The position numbers were made by a program, and so were the translations under genes. Under the pieces are notes generated by a model. That model was not told where the DNA came from and searched no databases. It saw only the letters and a list, made by a program, of their open reading frames with translations. From NCBI GenBank assembly GCA_965217895.1, contig CBDCJV010000002.1, positions 4,832,001 to 4,896,000 on the forward strand: DNA of 64,000 nucleotides. Reading direction: 5' to 3'. Of the stretch, positions 1-9,530 are shown piece by piece. Positions within the stretch are counted from its first letter, which is position 1. Each line of letters opens with the position of its first letter. This DNA comes from Waterburya sp. GTDB taxonomy: Bacteria; Cyanobacteriota; Cyanobacteriia; Cyanobacteriales; Xenococcaceae.

Positions 1-1069
1 AAAGGGTTTGCTTTTGTGGATCGTATTCTGAATAAAACATACTCACAAAGCGGTGAGAATTTTCTAGATCGGCGTACATTACCCGATTAAGATGACGCAT
101 AATTTGAGCAGGAGAATGACGATTGAGAACTTCGGCTCTTAACATTCCTCTGGTCATGGTCATAATTAAGCCTGCGGGAACTCCTTTGCCCATCACGTCG
201 CCAATAACAATGCTCCAGGGAACATCGGCTGTAGATTCTGACTGGTTTTCTACAGAGTCGTAGTTGGTGCGAATAAAGTCATAGTAGTCTCCCCCTACGC
301 GACTGGCGGTTTCGCATTTAGCGGCGATCGCTAATCCTTTGATGTCAGGACACTTACTAGGTAAAAGCCGTAACTGGATTTCTGAGGCGATTTCCAATTC
401 GCGATCTTGTCTTTCTTTGGAGCGTAATTCGACGGTTAGATCGTGATTGGCGATCGCCACAGCGGTTTGATCGGCTACTAGTTGAGTTAACTTCCTTCTA
501 GTTGGAGTCCAAACATAGTCAGGATCGGTACTAAAAACATAAAGGCGACCTTGATCGACGTTTCTAACTAGAATTGGCGTGCCAAAAGATTGAATTTTTA
601 GTTTTAATTCTTGACTGAGTTTTTCATCAACAATTTCTGACAGTCGCGAAGGGGAATTAACTGTTCGATCGTAAAGCAAATTTGTCTGATTAATTTGCAG
701 GTTTACTTGCTCAAAGACATGGCGTATTTCTAAACCAATATTGCTGTCTTGGCAATGAATGTGTTCTAAGTGTACTTTATTACCTTTATATAAAATTAAT
801 GCTCCACCAATAGAATCTGTGACCCTGGCTGCCATTAAAGGAGTTAATTCTAAAAACTGATTCAAGTTACTAAAACTACGTAGAGCGAACCCTAATGAGC
901 TAAGTAAATCTTGAATTTTGTTTTGCTCCCTTTGGAGATTAGCCACTAATTCTTTTAGTGCCACAATAGGATTAGAATCCTCTGCTGAGGAATCGATAAC
1001 ACTATCATTTCCTGGAGAGGGATGGCTATGGGAAGATGCGACAGTCATTGCCTCTACAAATTTAGACAT
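1..1069 (-). CDS. PP2C/SpoIIE-family Ser/Thr phosphatase (RsbU-like), 3' end runs off the window
   Basis: Manual translation from ATG 1069 (or 1048): ...ALKELVANLQREQNKIQDLLSSLGFALRSF...VGGDYYDFI...IGDVMGKGVPAGL; PP2C motifs; usual cyanobacterial position after ftsY. Confidence 0.9.
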   Translation of the reverse strand, partial: MSKFVEAMTVASSHSHPSPGNDSVIDSSAEDSNPIVALKELVANLQREQNKIQDLLSSLGFALRSFSNLNQFLELTPLMAARVTDSIGGALILYKGNKVHLEHIHCQDSNIGLEIRHVFEQVNLQINQTNLLYDRTVNSPSRLSEIVDEKLSQELKLKIQSFGTPILVRNVDQGRLYVFSTDPDYVWTPTRRKLTQLVADQTAVAIANHDLTVELRSKERQDRELEIASEIQLRLLPSKCPDIKGLAIAAKCETASRVGGDYYDFIRTNYDSVENQSESTADVPWSIVIGDVMGKGVPAGLIMTMTRGMLRAEVLNRHSPAQIMRHLNRVMYADLENSHRFVSMFYSEYDPQKQTL

Positions 1070-1332
1070 TAATTTTTCAATTCATTAGTCAAGAATATAT
1101 TTCAAGCAAAGTAAGACTTTAGATATTCAATTAGATAGTAACAAAACGCTTTTTGCAACTTAACTTAATTGACCACCATCTAACAACAAACTAATCAAAA
1201 CAGTAGTTATATTTTATTTGCCCAGATATTAGGTTGATTTATGATAACCTGAATTAGTTAATCCGCCAAGAAAGCAATATAAAAACACAAAAACTTTAAA
1301 TTTAAGCTAGCAGTTGGAATTATATATTCCCT

Positions 1333-2820
1333 TCAGCCGTTTAATAAAGCCTCAACAAATTCATAGCTAGAAAAAGGGCGTAAGTCTTCAATCCCTTCCC
1401 CTGCACCGATAAAGCGAATTGGCAAGTTTAGCTGTTGAGTAACCGCTAAAGCTACACCACCTTTGGCACTGCCATCTAGTTTAGTTAAAACCACGCCGCT
1501 TAAGTTTGCAGCCTCAGAAAACACTTGAGCTTGACGTAAACCATTTTGTCCTAGAGTTGCATCTAGAACTAGTAAGGATTCTACCCTAGCCTCAGGAGCT
1601 TTTTTATCTATAATTCGACGGATTTTAGCTAATTCCACCATCAGATTTTGCTTATTTTGCAATCTTCCTGCGGTATCTACTAATAGTAATTCAGTATTTT
1701 TAGCTTGAGCAGCAGAGATCGCATCAAAGACCACTGCAGCAGGATCGGTATTCTGACCTGGATTGGCAATCACAGGGGTATTACTCCTGGCTCCCCATAC
1801 TTTTACTTGTTCTACCGCAGCAGCGCGGAATGTATCAGCAGCAGCAATCAGGCAGGTGTAGCCAGATTTTTGACCTAAATTTGCCAGCTTACCAATGGTG
1901 GTAGTTTTACCTGCGCCATTAACACCTGCCAATAACCAGATATTAAACCGATCTTTTTCAGGCACAAAAGCTTTGTCTTCTTGTCCTGCCAAGGGTTTAT
2001 CTAAAATATCTTGGAGGATAGTTTTTAAATAGGCGATCGCCCGCTCTGGTGGTAAAGCTTCTTGTTTTAATTTTGACTGTAGGGTTTCAATAATATAGTC
2101 AGTAGCTTCTATCCCTACATCAGCCTGTAGTAATAGACTCTCAATTTCCATTACTGCATCGTCGTTTAAAGGTCCTTTGCCAACGATGGACTTTAACTGA
2201 TTGATTAAGCCAATGCGGGTTTTACCTAATCCTTGACGTAGTTTAGTCAGCCAACTAATTTCTTCTTCGGATACATCTTCTGCTGCTCTACCGCTACCCG
2301 CTAATACTTTAGATGACCAGATAAAATCTTCGTCTAGCTCTACTTCTTCTGTGGCTAATTCTTCTGCTGCGGGAGTTTCTATTGCAGTTTCTTTTAACTT
2401 TTCTAAACCCTGAGATTTCTTCATCCAAGCAGGAACATTTACTGCTGGCGCGGTAACTTCTTCTGTTTTCTCTTCTGCTATTGCTTGTTCTTGATTATCT
2501 TCAGGAGTTGACTCTGCTACTAACTCTTGTTCTTCAGTATCCGCTTCTTCTATCTCTGCTTGAGTGGTAGATTCGTCTTCATCTGCTTCAGATTCAGATT
2601 CTGATTTCTCTATCTCTTCTACTGATGTGGCTTGGCTTTCTCCTTTTCGCTGCTGAATATTTTGATAGGCAGCCTTAGCAAAAGCAAGATAATCAGGTTC
2701 AGCTAACTCTGTCTCAGATTCCTCAGTTATCTCGATACTCTCTTCAGGCTGAGTTTCTGGGGGAGTGGCTTTTGACTGTTGTTGCTTTGCTTTTTCGTTA
2801 CGGCGAAACCAATTAAACAT
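1333..2820 (-). CDS. ftsY: SRP receptor FtsY with long acidic N-terminus
   Basis: GVNGAGKTTT, DTFRAAA, DTAGR, TKLDG motifs. Confidence 0.97.
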   Translation of the reverse strand: MFNWFRRNEKAKQQQSKATPPETQPEESIEITEESETELAEPDYLAFAKAAYQNIQQRKGESQATSVEEIEKSESESEADEDESTTQAEIEEADTEEQELVAESTPEDNQEQAIAEEKTEEVTAPAVNVPAWMKKSQGLEKLKETAIETPAAEELATEEVELDEDFIWSSKVLAGSGRAAEDVSEEEISWLTKLRQGLGKTRIGLINQLKSIVGKGPLNDDAVMEIESLLLQADVGIEATDYIIETLQSKLKQEALPPERAIAYLKTILQDILDKPLAGQEDKAFVPEKDRFNIWLLAGVNGAGKTTTIGKLANLGQKSGYTCLIAAADTFRAAAVEQVKVWGARSNTPVIANPGQNTDPAAVVFDAISAAQAKNTELLLVDTAGRLQNKQNLMVELAKIRRIIDKKAPEARVESLLVLDATLGQNGLRQAQVFSEAANLSGVVLTKLDGSAKGGVALAVTQQLNLPIRFIGAGEGIEDLRPFSSYEFVEALLNG

Positions 2821-2991
2821 TAGAGAAGATGAACTTAGTTGTTATCAGTTGTATAGATGATACCAAGGTTCACTCGACTATTGATTTTTTGCTTTGGTGG
2901 TAATTACACTACAAATTATGCAGTTACCAGCGATCGCAATTTGTCATGCTTACCATAACTATAATTGACATATGTATTTCATTATTTGGCT

Positions 2992-3594
2992 ATGACTTCA
3001 TCCAAGGTATCGGACAGCAATAATTATCTTGTATTGCAGATGTCTCCTGCATGGGAAATAAGCGCAGAGAGTTTTTTTGATTTTTGTCAACTTAATTCTC
3101 ATCTTCGTATTGAACGTACCGCTACAGGAAAATTAGTAATTATGTCCCCAGCAGGTTCTGAAACAGGAAATTGCAATTTTAAGTTAATTCAACAATTAGC
3201 TAACTGGTCAGATCGAGATGGCAGTGGAAGTGGTTTTGATTCTTCTGCGGGATTTATCTTACCTAATGGCGCAACTAGATCGCCTGATGCTAGCTGGATT
3301 AAATTGACCAGATGGAATGCTTTGTCTGCCGAACAAAAAACTAAGTTTGCTCCTATTTGCCCAGACTTTGTAGCGGAGTTAAGATCTCTTAGCGATAGTC
3401 TTAAAATTCTTCAGGATAAGATGCAGGAATATATTGATAATGGTGCATCTCTTGGTTGGTTAATCGATCGCACTACTCGTCAAGTTTACATCTATACACC
3501 CGATAGTGAACTAAAAGGCTTAGATAATCCTCAAACTATCAGTGGAAATCCAGTTTTATCGGGTTTTGTGCTGAATTTAGCTAAGATTTGGTAG
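2992..3594 (+). CDS. Uma2 (DUF820) family putative endonuclease
   Basis: FDSSAGF.LPNGATRSPDASW, PDFVAELRS, LGWLID; ATG at 2992 is a likelier start than TTG 2965. Confidence 0.9.
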   Translation: MTSSKVSDSNNYLVLQMSPAWEISAESFFDFCQLNSHLRIERTATGKLVIMSPAGSETGNCNFKLIQQLANWSDRDGSGSGFDSSAGFILPNGATRSPDASWIKLTRWNALSAEQKTKFAPICPDFVAELRSLSDSLKILQDKMQEYIDNGASLGWLIDRTTRQVYIYTPDSELKGLDNPQTISGNPVLSGFVLNLAKIW

Positions 3595-3676
3595 TATTTG
3601 AAATAATATATTTTAAGGAAATGCGATCGCATTTCCCACAATAAACAAACTACTACAGCTTTAAATCAACGTAGAT

Positions 3677-3991
3677 TTATAAATCAGGTTGCCAACGATA
3701 TTTGCTGAGATCTATTTTGCCGTTGTTTTTGAACTCAATTCCTTCCTCTTCTAACAAAACTTTTTGCAGGTAATCTCCACCCTGACGCTGCAAAGAATAA
3801 GAAATTTCTCCTTGAGAATTAATCACTCGATGCCAGGGAATATCATCTTTTATATCCACACGAAAGAGGGCATATCCTACTAAACGAGCTTTACCATATA
3901 GTCCTGATAGATCGGCAATTTGTCCGTAGGTAGCAACTTTGCCAAGAGGAATCTGGCGGACAGTATTATATATGCGATCGTATTGAGACAT
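3677..3991 (-). CDS. Alkyltransferase-like (ATL/YbaZ, MGMT family) DNA-binding protein
   Basis: IPLGKVATYGQIA and PWHRV (Trp in place of the catalytic Cys). Confidence 0.92.
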   Translation of the reverse strand: MSQYDRIYNTVRQIPLGKVATYGQIADLSGLYGKARLVGYALFRVDIKDDIPWHRVINSQGEISYSLQRQGGDYLQKVLLEEEGIEFKNNGKIDLSKYRWQPDL

Positions 3992-4004
3992 TAGAGTGAA
4001 TTAT

Positions 4005-4820
4005 TCACTTAGAGGGATTGAAATTATCACTAAGTAAAATCCAGTTTTCCATAGTCAGATCCTCGGCTCTACATTGGGGACTAAACTTTAATTTTTCTAA
4101 TAGTTGACTCAAATCATTAATGTCAATCAAACTTTTTAAATTATTGCGCAGCATTTTACGACGACTAGCAAAACCCAGCTTGATTAATGTTTCTAGCTGA
4201 CGGGGATTATTAGCAGGATTAGCTAATCTTCTAGGACGTAATCTAATTACAACTGAATCTACTTTTGGTGGCGGATAAAAAGCTCTGTGGTTAACATCAC
4301 AAATTAATTCACAACTGGCTAGATATTGAACGCGAATTGATAATGCACCAAAAGCTTTAGTCCCTGGCGTGGCTACTAACCTTTCTCCTACTTCTTTTTG
4401 GACTAGTAATACTATGGATTCATATTGCTGTGGCGAGGGAGTAGCAATTTTGCCTAACAGCTTTTCAATAATTGGACCTGTGATATTGTAAGGAATGTTA
4501 GCAACTACTTTATTGGAATTCTGAAACTTGGGAAAGTCTGTTAACGTTGCTTCCAAGTTTAGCTGTAAAAAGTCACCTTGAGCCAGGAGAAAGTTATCAT
4601 ACTCTCCATACTTTCTGGCTAATTTTTTGCATAAATCGCGGTCGATTTCTACAGATACCAAAGCGTTGACTATCGAGAGGATTTTAGTGGTTAAAGCTCC
4701 TGTACCAGGTCCAATTTCTAAAACGCGATCGCTTTTCCTTAACTCCGCAGCAATGATAATTTGCTCTAAGACACTTTCATCTTTTAACCAATGCTGACCA
4801 AACTGTTTACGAGGTTTCAA
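4005..4820 (-). CDS. rsmA: 16S rRNA adenine dimethyltransferase
   Basis: KQFGQHWL, LEIGPGTG, ANIPYNIT, PPPKVDS. Confidence 0.97.
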   Translation of the reverse strand: MKPRKQFGQHWLKDESVLEQIIIAAELRKSDRVLEIGPGTGALTTKILSIVNALVSVEIDRDLCKKLARKYGEYDNFLLAQGDFLQLNLEATLTDFPKFQNSNKVVANIPYNITGPIIEKLLGKIATPSPQQYESIVLLVQKEVGERLVATPGTKAFGALSIRVQYLASCELICDVNHRAFYPPPKVDSVVIRLRPRRLANPANNPRQLETLIKLGFASRRKMLRNNLKSLIDINDLSQLLEKLKFSPQCRAEDLTMENWILLSDNFNPSK

Positions 4821-5062
4821 ACGGCTACTGTTTTTGCTTTTTTAATTAATGCCATCAAGTTTATTAAATGCTCAACGGCTTATAGCAGTATTTTAGAATC
4901 AAATGGCACTTAAATTCAGCCAAAAAAAGGCTTTTACTTAAAGTCTAAATAACCCTGGTTTAGACTAAGGAAAATAAAAGACGTAGGGTCGCACCGCTTT
5001 TCCCCTTTCCTCTTTAACCAATCCTAACAAATTAATTTATTTCTTAGAAGTTGCAATGACTT

Positions 5063-5170
5063 CTAGTTCATGATTTGATTGTAATAACTGTTCTTTTTAA
5101 CCGAATTGTTAACTAACCTGCCATCTTCCATCTGAACAATGCGATCGGCAATATCTAAAATGCGATCGCT
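5063..5170 (-). pseudogene. 3' remnant of a DevA/LolD-type ABC ATPase gene
   Basis: Frame reads SDRILDIADRIVQMEDGRLV...*; no start codon, in-frame TAA just upstream; begins at HIP1 5162-5169. Confidence 0.7.
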
Positions 5171-5179
5171 TTTGGTTTA

Positions 5180-7561
5180 CTAAGCTTCATTTGTATAATA
5201 AGACAACTTTTGATCGAGTCTTTGTTGAGCTTCTATCAATGACTCAAAAACTTCACATCCATTCACATTGCGATCGCTTACCATATTTTCTTTAGCAAAC
5301 CCGTCTGGATGTCGGAAGTAGCTAATCAGACTAACTCCAAGATTAGGAGCTTCAAAGAACAAAACTGGAAGCATATCCTCATCTGGAACGTAAAATCCAA
5401 ACTTTTCCATAGCTTCGTCTGCAACCTCTTCGCCAACTAAATCTGAGCCTGCAAAAATAACTTTGCTACCAGGAAATATCATCGTGTTGATAAAAATTTC
5501 ATCAAGAGCATACCAGTCTTCTAGAGTTGCACTTTTCGTTAGTTTTGTCCATTCATGTTTAGACTCCAACAAATGTAAAAAAGGCTCGTATACTCTATAT
5601 TCTGGATGCCAATTTTCACTTTTATTAATTAGCAACATTTGAAAATACCAGCCTCTCCGTCGTTCACGAAAGAGCATATTAAACTGATTTTTATCATTCT
5701 GCTTCTGCCAGAATATTAAACGTACTGGTTCTCCATATATGTATTCACAAAATTGAGAAAAATTATGGCTCATTTCTTCATAACTATTATCTTCATAGTT
5801 ATCTGGACTAGATGGAAGTGGTTCAACAAAATTGTCTTCTTTTATGTCGTTTAATTGCCAAATTAGTTTTAATGTTTTAACTAAATGTATTTGTCTGGTT
5901 TTGACTATTTCTGGTGTCCATTCTTGCTCTTTCAAGACTTGCACTGTCAAAGCAAATGTAGAAACTGGACTATTAAAATACTTCTCTTTCTTTGATTGGA
6001 AGTCATAATTATTTGCAGAACTATTTTTCTGGCGAGAAAGCAAAATCAAATTTCCCAAACAGTGTAAATATTTTTCTTTTTCTTCTATAGAAAACCAATT
6101 TAACCACTGACTATCAAATTTAGGATTTTGAGGAAGAATATGTTCAATGGTAATTTTTCTATAACCATCGTAGTTAGGATTACCATCGGAAATAGCACTA
6201 TCAAGACGCAAGAGAATATACAATCTTGCATTACGAGCTTTGTAAGTATTGTAAATATCTCCATTAAGGCGATCGCAAATTTCTTGTTCTTCTTCTGATT
6301 CTAATTGCAGTGGCGAATAATAAGCAAATAAGTTACCGTTGCTTTCAATTACCTTAATAATATCTGCATAACGTTTAATACGTTTATCAATATTAGCTTT
6401 CAAAATCATCAAACCAGCAGCTAAACGTTCTAAATAAGTAAAGAATTTTAGTAATTGTTCTGGCTCGTGGCGATATTTCGTAAGATATAAAATTCCTGGT
6501 GCAATCCAGTCGAAATGACCTATTCTTTGTAACCAGCGAAATAATTGATTGATTTTTGATGAGTTTATCGTACTAACAAAAGTACAGTTTTTAATATTTT
6601 CTAATGCTTTAGCATAGGGTTCTATAACCCTATCAATCAAATAGCATGGAACTTTATTCTCTTCTAGTTCTAATACGTAAGTCCGAAAACTCTTAAGCAC
6701 TGATGACTCTAGTTTATTCTGAGCATAAATCATCCGAATATGAGAAAAAAGCTCGGTAAAATCTTTTCTACCCAATAATTGTTCTAAATCTTCCCATTTG
6801 CGAGTATATTTTTCTTCCTGTTCTTTATATTGGGATAACTTACCAATCACATCAGCTTTTAAAATATCTGTAATCGATAAATCTAAACCGCGATCATTTA
6901 GTACAGAGAAGATTTTATAAGCAGAATCAAAATCTGGGGTGTGAACTATGACTAAATAGCAGCGTTGCAAGAGAAATTGAGTTAAACGTAACTTTTGCGA
7001 TTCTTCTGGTAATTCTGCTGCAATTCTATCAAGTAATAAACGAGTATTTTCAACGATATTACGTTGACTGTCAGAAAGCGAATCTGAATGAATCTTTTGT
7101 AGTCTTTCTATACCATTTGCTTTTTGAATATACTCTTCAAAAAAATCGCGATCGCGTTCTCTTAACTTCAATCTAGGACGCTCAGGAGTTGCTTCAAATA
7201 TATCTTCTGGTTGACAAATGTATTTAGTCAAAGAGTTAGTCAAAGCATCATCTTTCAGTAGCTTTTTTAAAACCGCAAAAAGTATCGTGAGAGTCGTCAA
7301 TCTCTGTTGTCCATCAACGACCTCAGATTCCGATTTATCTATCGGCTTGATTAAAACAACATTGCCCAAAAAGTAAGGAGGAATTTTATTAATATCTGTT
7401 GATTCATCTTCTAGCGCGTCAATAAGATCTATGAGTAACTGTTCTGTTTCTTCAGTTGTCCAAGCATAGGGACGTTGATAATTGGGAATGTTGAAAACAA
7501 AATTGTCACTAAAGACTTTTCTAATTGGATATCCCGCCCCTTCAATGGTAATCGCTGTCAT
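5180..7561 (-). CDS. GmrSD-like (DUF262 + DUF1524/HNH) modification-dependent nuclease with extra ~220-aa C-terminal region
   Basis: PNYQRPYAW, VVDGQQRLTT, FSVLNDRG (DUF262); TIEHILPQ, LGNLILL...NS (DUF1524). Confidence 0.9.
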   Translation of the reverse strand: MTAITIEGAGYPIRKVFSDNFVFNIPNYQRPYAWTTEETEQLLIDLIDALEDESTDINKIPPYFLGNVVLIKPIDKSESEVVDGQQRLTTLTILFAVLKKLLKDDALTNSLTKYICQPEDIFEATPERPRLKLRERDRDFFEEYIQKANGIERLQKIHSDSLSDSQRNIVENTRLLLDRIAAELPEESQKLRLTQFLLQRCYLVIVHTPDFDSAYKIFSVLNDRGLDLSITDILKADVIGKLSQYKEQEEKYTRKWEDLEQLLGRKDFTELFSHIRMIYAQNKLESSVLKSFRTYVLELEENKVPCYLIDRVIEPYAKALENIKNCTFVSTINSSKINQLFRWLQRIGHFDWIAPGILYLTKYRHEPEQLLKFFTYLERLAAGLMILKANIDKRIKRYADIIKVIESNGNLFAYYSPLQLESEEEQEICDRLNGDIYNTYKARNARLYILLRLDSAISDGNPNYDGYRKITIEHILPQNPKFDSQWLNWFSIEEKEKYLHCLGNLILLSRQKNSSANNYDFQSKKEKYFNSPVSTFALTVQVLKEQEWTPEIVKTRQIHLVKTLKLIWQLNDIKEDNFVEPLPSSPDNYEDNSYEEMSHNFSQFCEYIYGEPVRLIFWQKQNDKNQFNMLFRERRRGWYFQMLLINKSENWHPEYRVYEPFLHLLESKHEWTKLTKSATLEDWYALDEIFINTMIFPGSKVIFAGSDLVGEEVADEAMEKFGFYVPDEDMLPVLFFEAPNLGVSLISYFRHPDGFAKENMVSDRNVNGCEVFESLIEAQQRLDQKLSYYTNEA

Positions 7562-7802
7562 ATTTGTTCCAGGAATTCTGCTTAATTTATCTCTATAAAT
7601 TAGATTTCCCTAAAAAGAACTAAATGAAACAGTCTTATCTTGCCGATATTCTAATTACTTTATGATTAGCTACTTATAAAAAAATTAGTGTAAGAACCAA
7701 ATCTGTTTTTTACTCAGGTTGAGTTCGCATTATTAAATTGTTTTAAATTAAAATTGAGTCTAATTTTAAAGCAATTATCTTGAGTTACTATTTATACAAC
7801 CG

Positions 7803-9530
7803 ATGACTATATCAGTGCCTTCTCGCTCTCGCGCCCAAGAATCTAGAGCAGCGATTGAGCGAATTTATGTAATTATGCGCCATTTGTTTGTGCGTGGACA
7901 TTATAAGCCTGGTGGTGTTTCGGGTTCGGCTTTGAGTGAGGCTTTGCTAACTTTGCAGCCCGAAATTTATGGTTCAATGGCTGATACAGAAAAAGTAGAG
8001 CTTGACGGACTGGCTTATGTAACTGCTCGTTTACCAAAAGGGATTGAAAAGTGTCGTTTCATTAAGCTAATTGCAGCCGAAGGCTATAACAATTCCAGTT
8101 TTGAAAAAATTGTTCCTGCCAAACGTCGTCGCAATTGCTATCGAGTTGATGAAGAAACAATGTTAATTGAGGTAACTAGAGGGCGTAGCGAAATTTATGA
8201 TATTCTTACCCATCTTACTTTTATTTATATCGAAGCCGATAAAATTAGGGCGCACGCTTTAGATGATGGTCATCCTACCCAAGAGTGGCTCAAGTTAGAA
8301 AAAATAGTTTTAGAGTATTCAGCAGGTTCTTCTATTGAGGAGGCTGAAATTAGAGAACAGGCTATTTCTTACACCAGCACTTTATTAGGTCGCACTTTTG
8401 AAGAGACGCTAGCAGCAGAGCGTCGGTTTTTCCAAGGCGAACCCTACAATAACAGTTTATTTCAAATAGTTTACTGGTTGGGAAGAGTCGCAATCGAAGA
8501 AATGCAGCAGAAGCGCGATCGCCAGGTTACCTTTAGTTCAGCATTACGAGAACGTATCGGTAATCATATCCACGGCGAAAAATGGGCAACTGAGGTAAAG
8601 AAGTTTCTCTGGTCACATAATTTATGGCAGCGTCCTTTACATATTATTAGTGCTAATTTGCACAGTATTCTTAATTGTCTTTATGCCTTTCCGGCATTAA
8701 AACAGACGCTAGAAAAAGAAGAAACCATCGAAAAAATTGCTAGTGAGCTTAGTCTGCCCGAAAATGCCACCCTCAATCAAGAAGTACTGGAATTTGCGCT
8801 ACAGAAGGGAATGTATTTTCTCGAAGATCGAGCGGGGACAAATATTCATGTGCAGATTTTTGATATTTCTTTATTACCTCTAGATCTGCTTTCCCCTGAA
8901 TTAAAAGTAAATCGAGCTTTGGTAGAAGCACAACCAGTAATTCTCGTGATGGATTATGCTTTTGGCGAACAAGCCTTTGAGCTTTTTGATGAGTTGCTCA
9001 AGCCTTATAAAACTGAGGGAATATCTCAAAAACTAAATCTTTACTCAATTTCCGTGATGGGTAAAGCAGGAACTTTAGTCGGCAACAGGGGAGATTTAAT
9101 GTTGCCAACAGCTCATATTTTTGAAGGTACAGCCGACAATTATCCTTTTGATAATGACATGAGCCAGTCAGACTTTGAACAAGTAGAAATCCCTGTTCAC
9201 GAAGGAGCTTTGTTGACCGTTTTGGGAACATCTCTGCAAAATGCCGATGTCTTAGAATATTTTAGAAGTTCTTCTTGGAATGTTGTCGGTTTGGAGATGG
9301 AAGGAGCGCATTTACAAAAGGCAATTCAAGCAGCAGCAAAGATTCGTAAGAGCATTAATGAAAATGTCATCTTGCGATACGTTTACTATGCTTCGGATAA
9401 TCCCTTGATGACTAATGCTACATTAGCATCAGGAAGCCTGGGACAAAGCGGAGTCAAGCCTACTTATGCGATCGCTCTAAAGTTTCTGCAAAAGATCTTG
9501 GGTCAGAAAAATAATCATTTCATGTCGTAA
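7803..9530 (+). CDS. Conserved protein (DUF6909-like) with C-terminal nucleoside phosphorylase/nucleosidase-like fold
   Basis: MDYAFGEQA, VMGKAGTL, VGLEMEGAH, YYASDNP resemble PNP_UDP-superfamily motifs; family name recalled, not searched. Confidence 0.65.
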   Translation: MTISVPSRSRAQESRAAIERIYVIMRHLFVRGHYKPGGVSGSALSEALLTLQPEIYGSMADTEKVELDGLAYVTARLPKGIEKCRFIKLIAAEGYNNSSFEKIVPAKRRRNCYRVDEETMLIEVTRGRSEIYDILTHLTFIYIEADKIRAHALDDGHPTQEWLKLEKIVLEYSAGSSIEEAEIREQAISYTSTLLGRTFEETLAAERRFFQGEPYNNSLFQIVYWLGRVAIEEMQQKRDRQVTFSSALRERIGNHIHGEKWATEVKKFLWSHNLWQRPLHIISANLHSILNCLYAFPALKQTLEKEETIEKIASELSLPENATLNQEVLEFALQKGMYFLEDRAGTNIHVQIFDISLLPLDLLSPELKVNRALVEAQPVILVMDYAFGEQAFELFDELLKPYKTEGISQKLNLYSISVMGKAGTLVGNRGDLMLPTAHIFEGTADNYPFDNDMSQSDFEQVEIPVHEGALLTVLGTSLQNADVLEYFRSSSWNVVGLEMEGAHLQKAIQAAAKIRKSINENVILRYVYYASDNPLMTNATLASGSLGQSGVKPTYAIALKFLQKILGQKNNHFMS

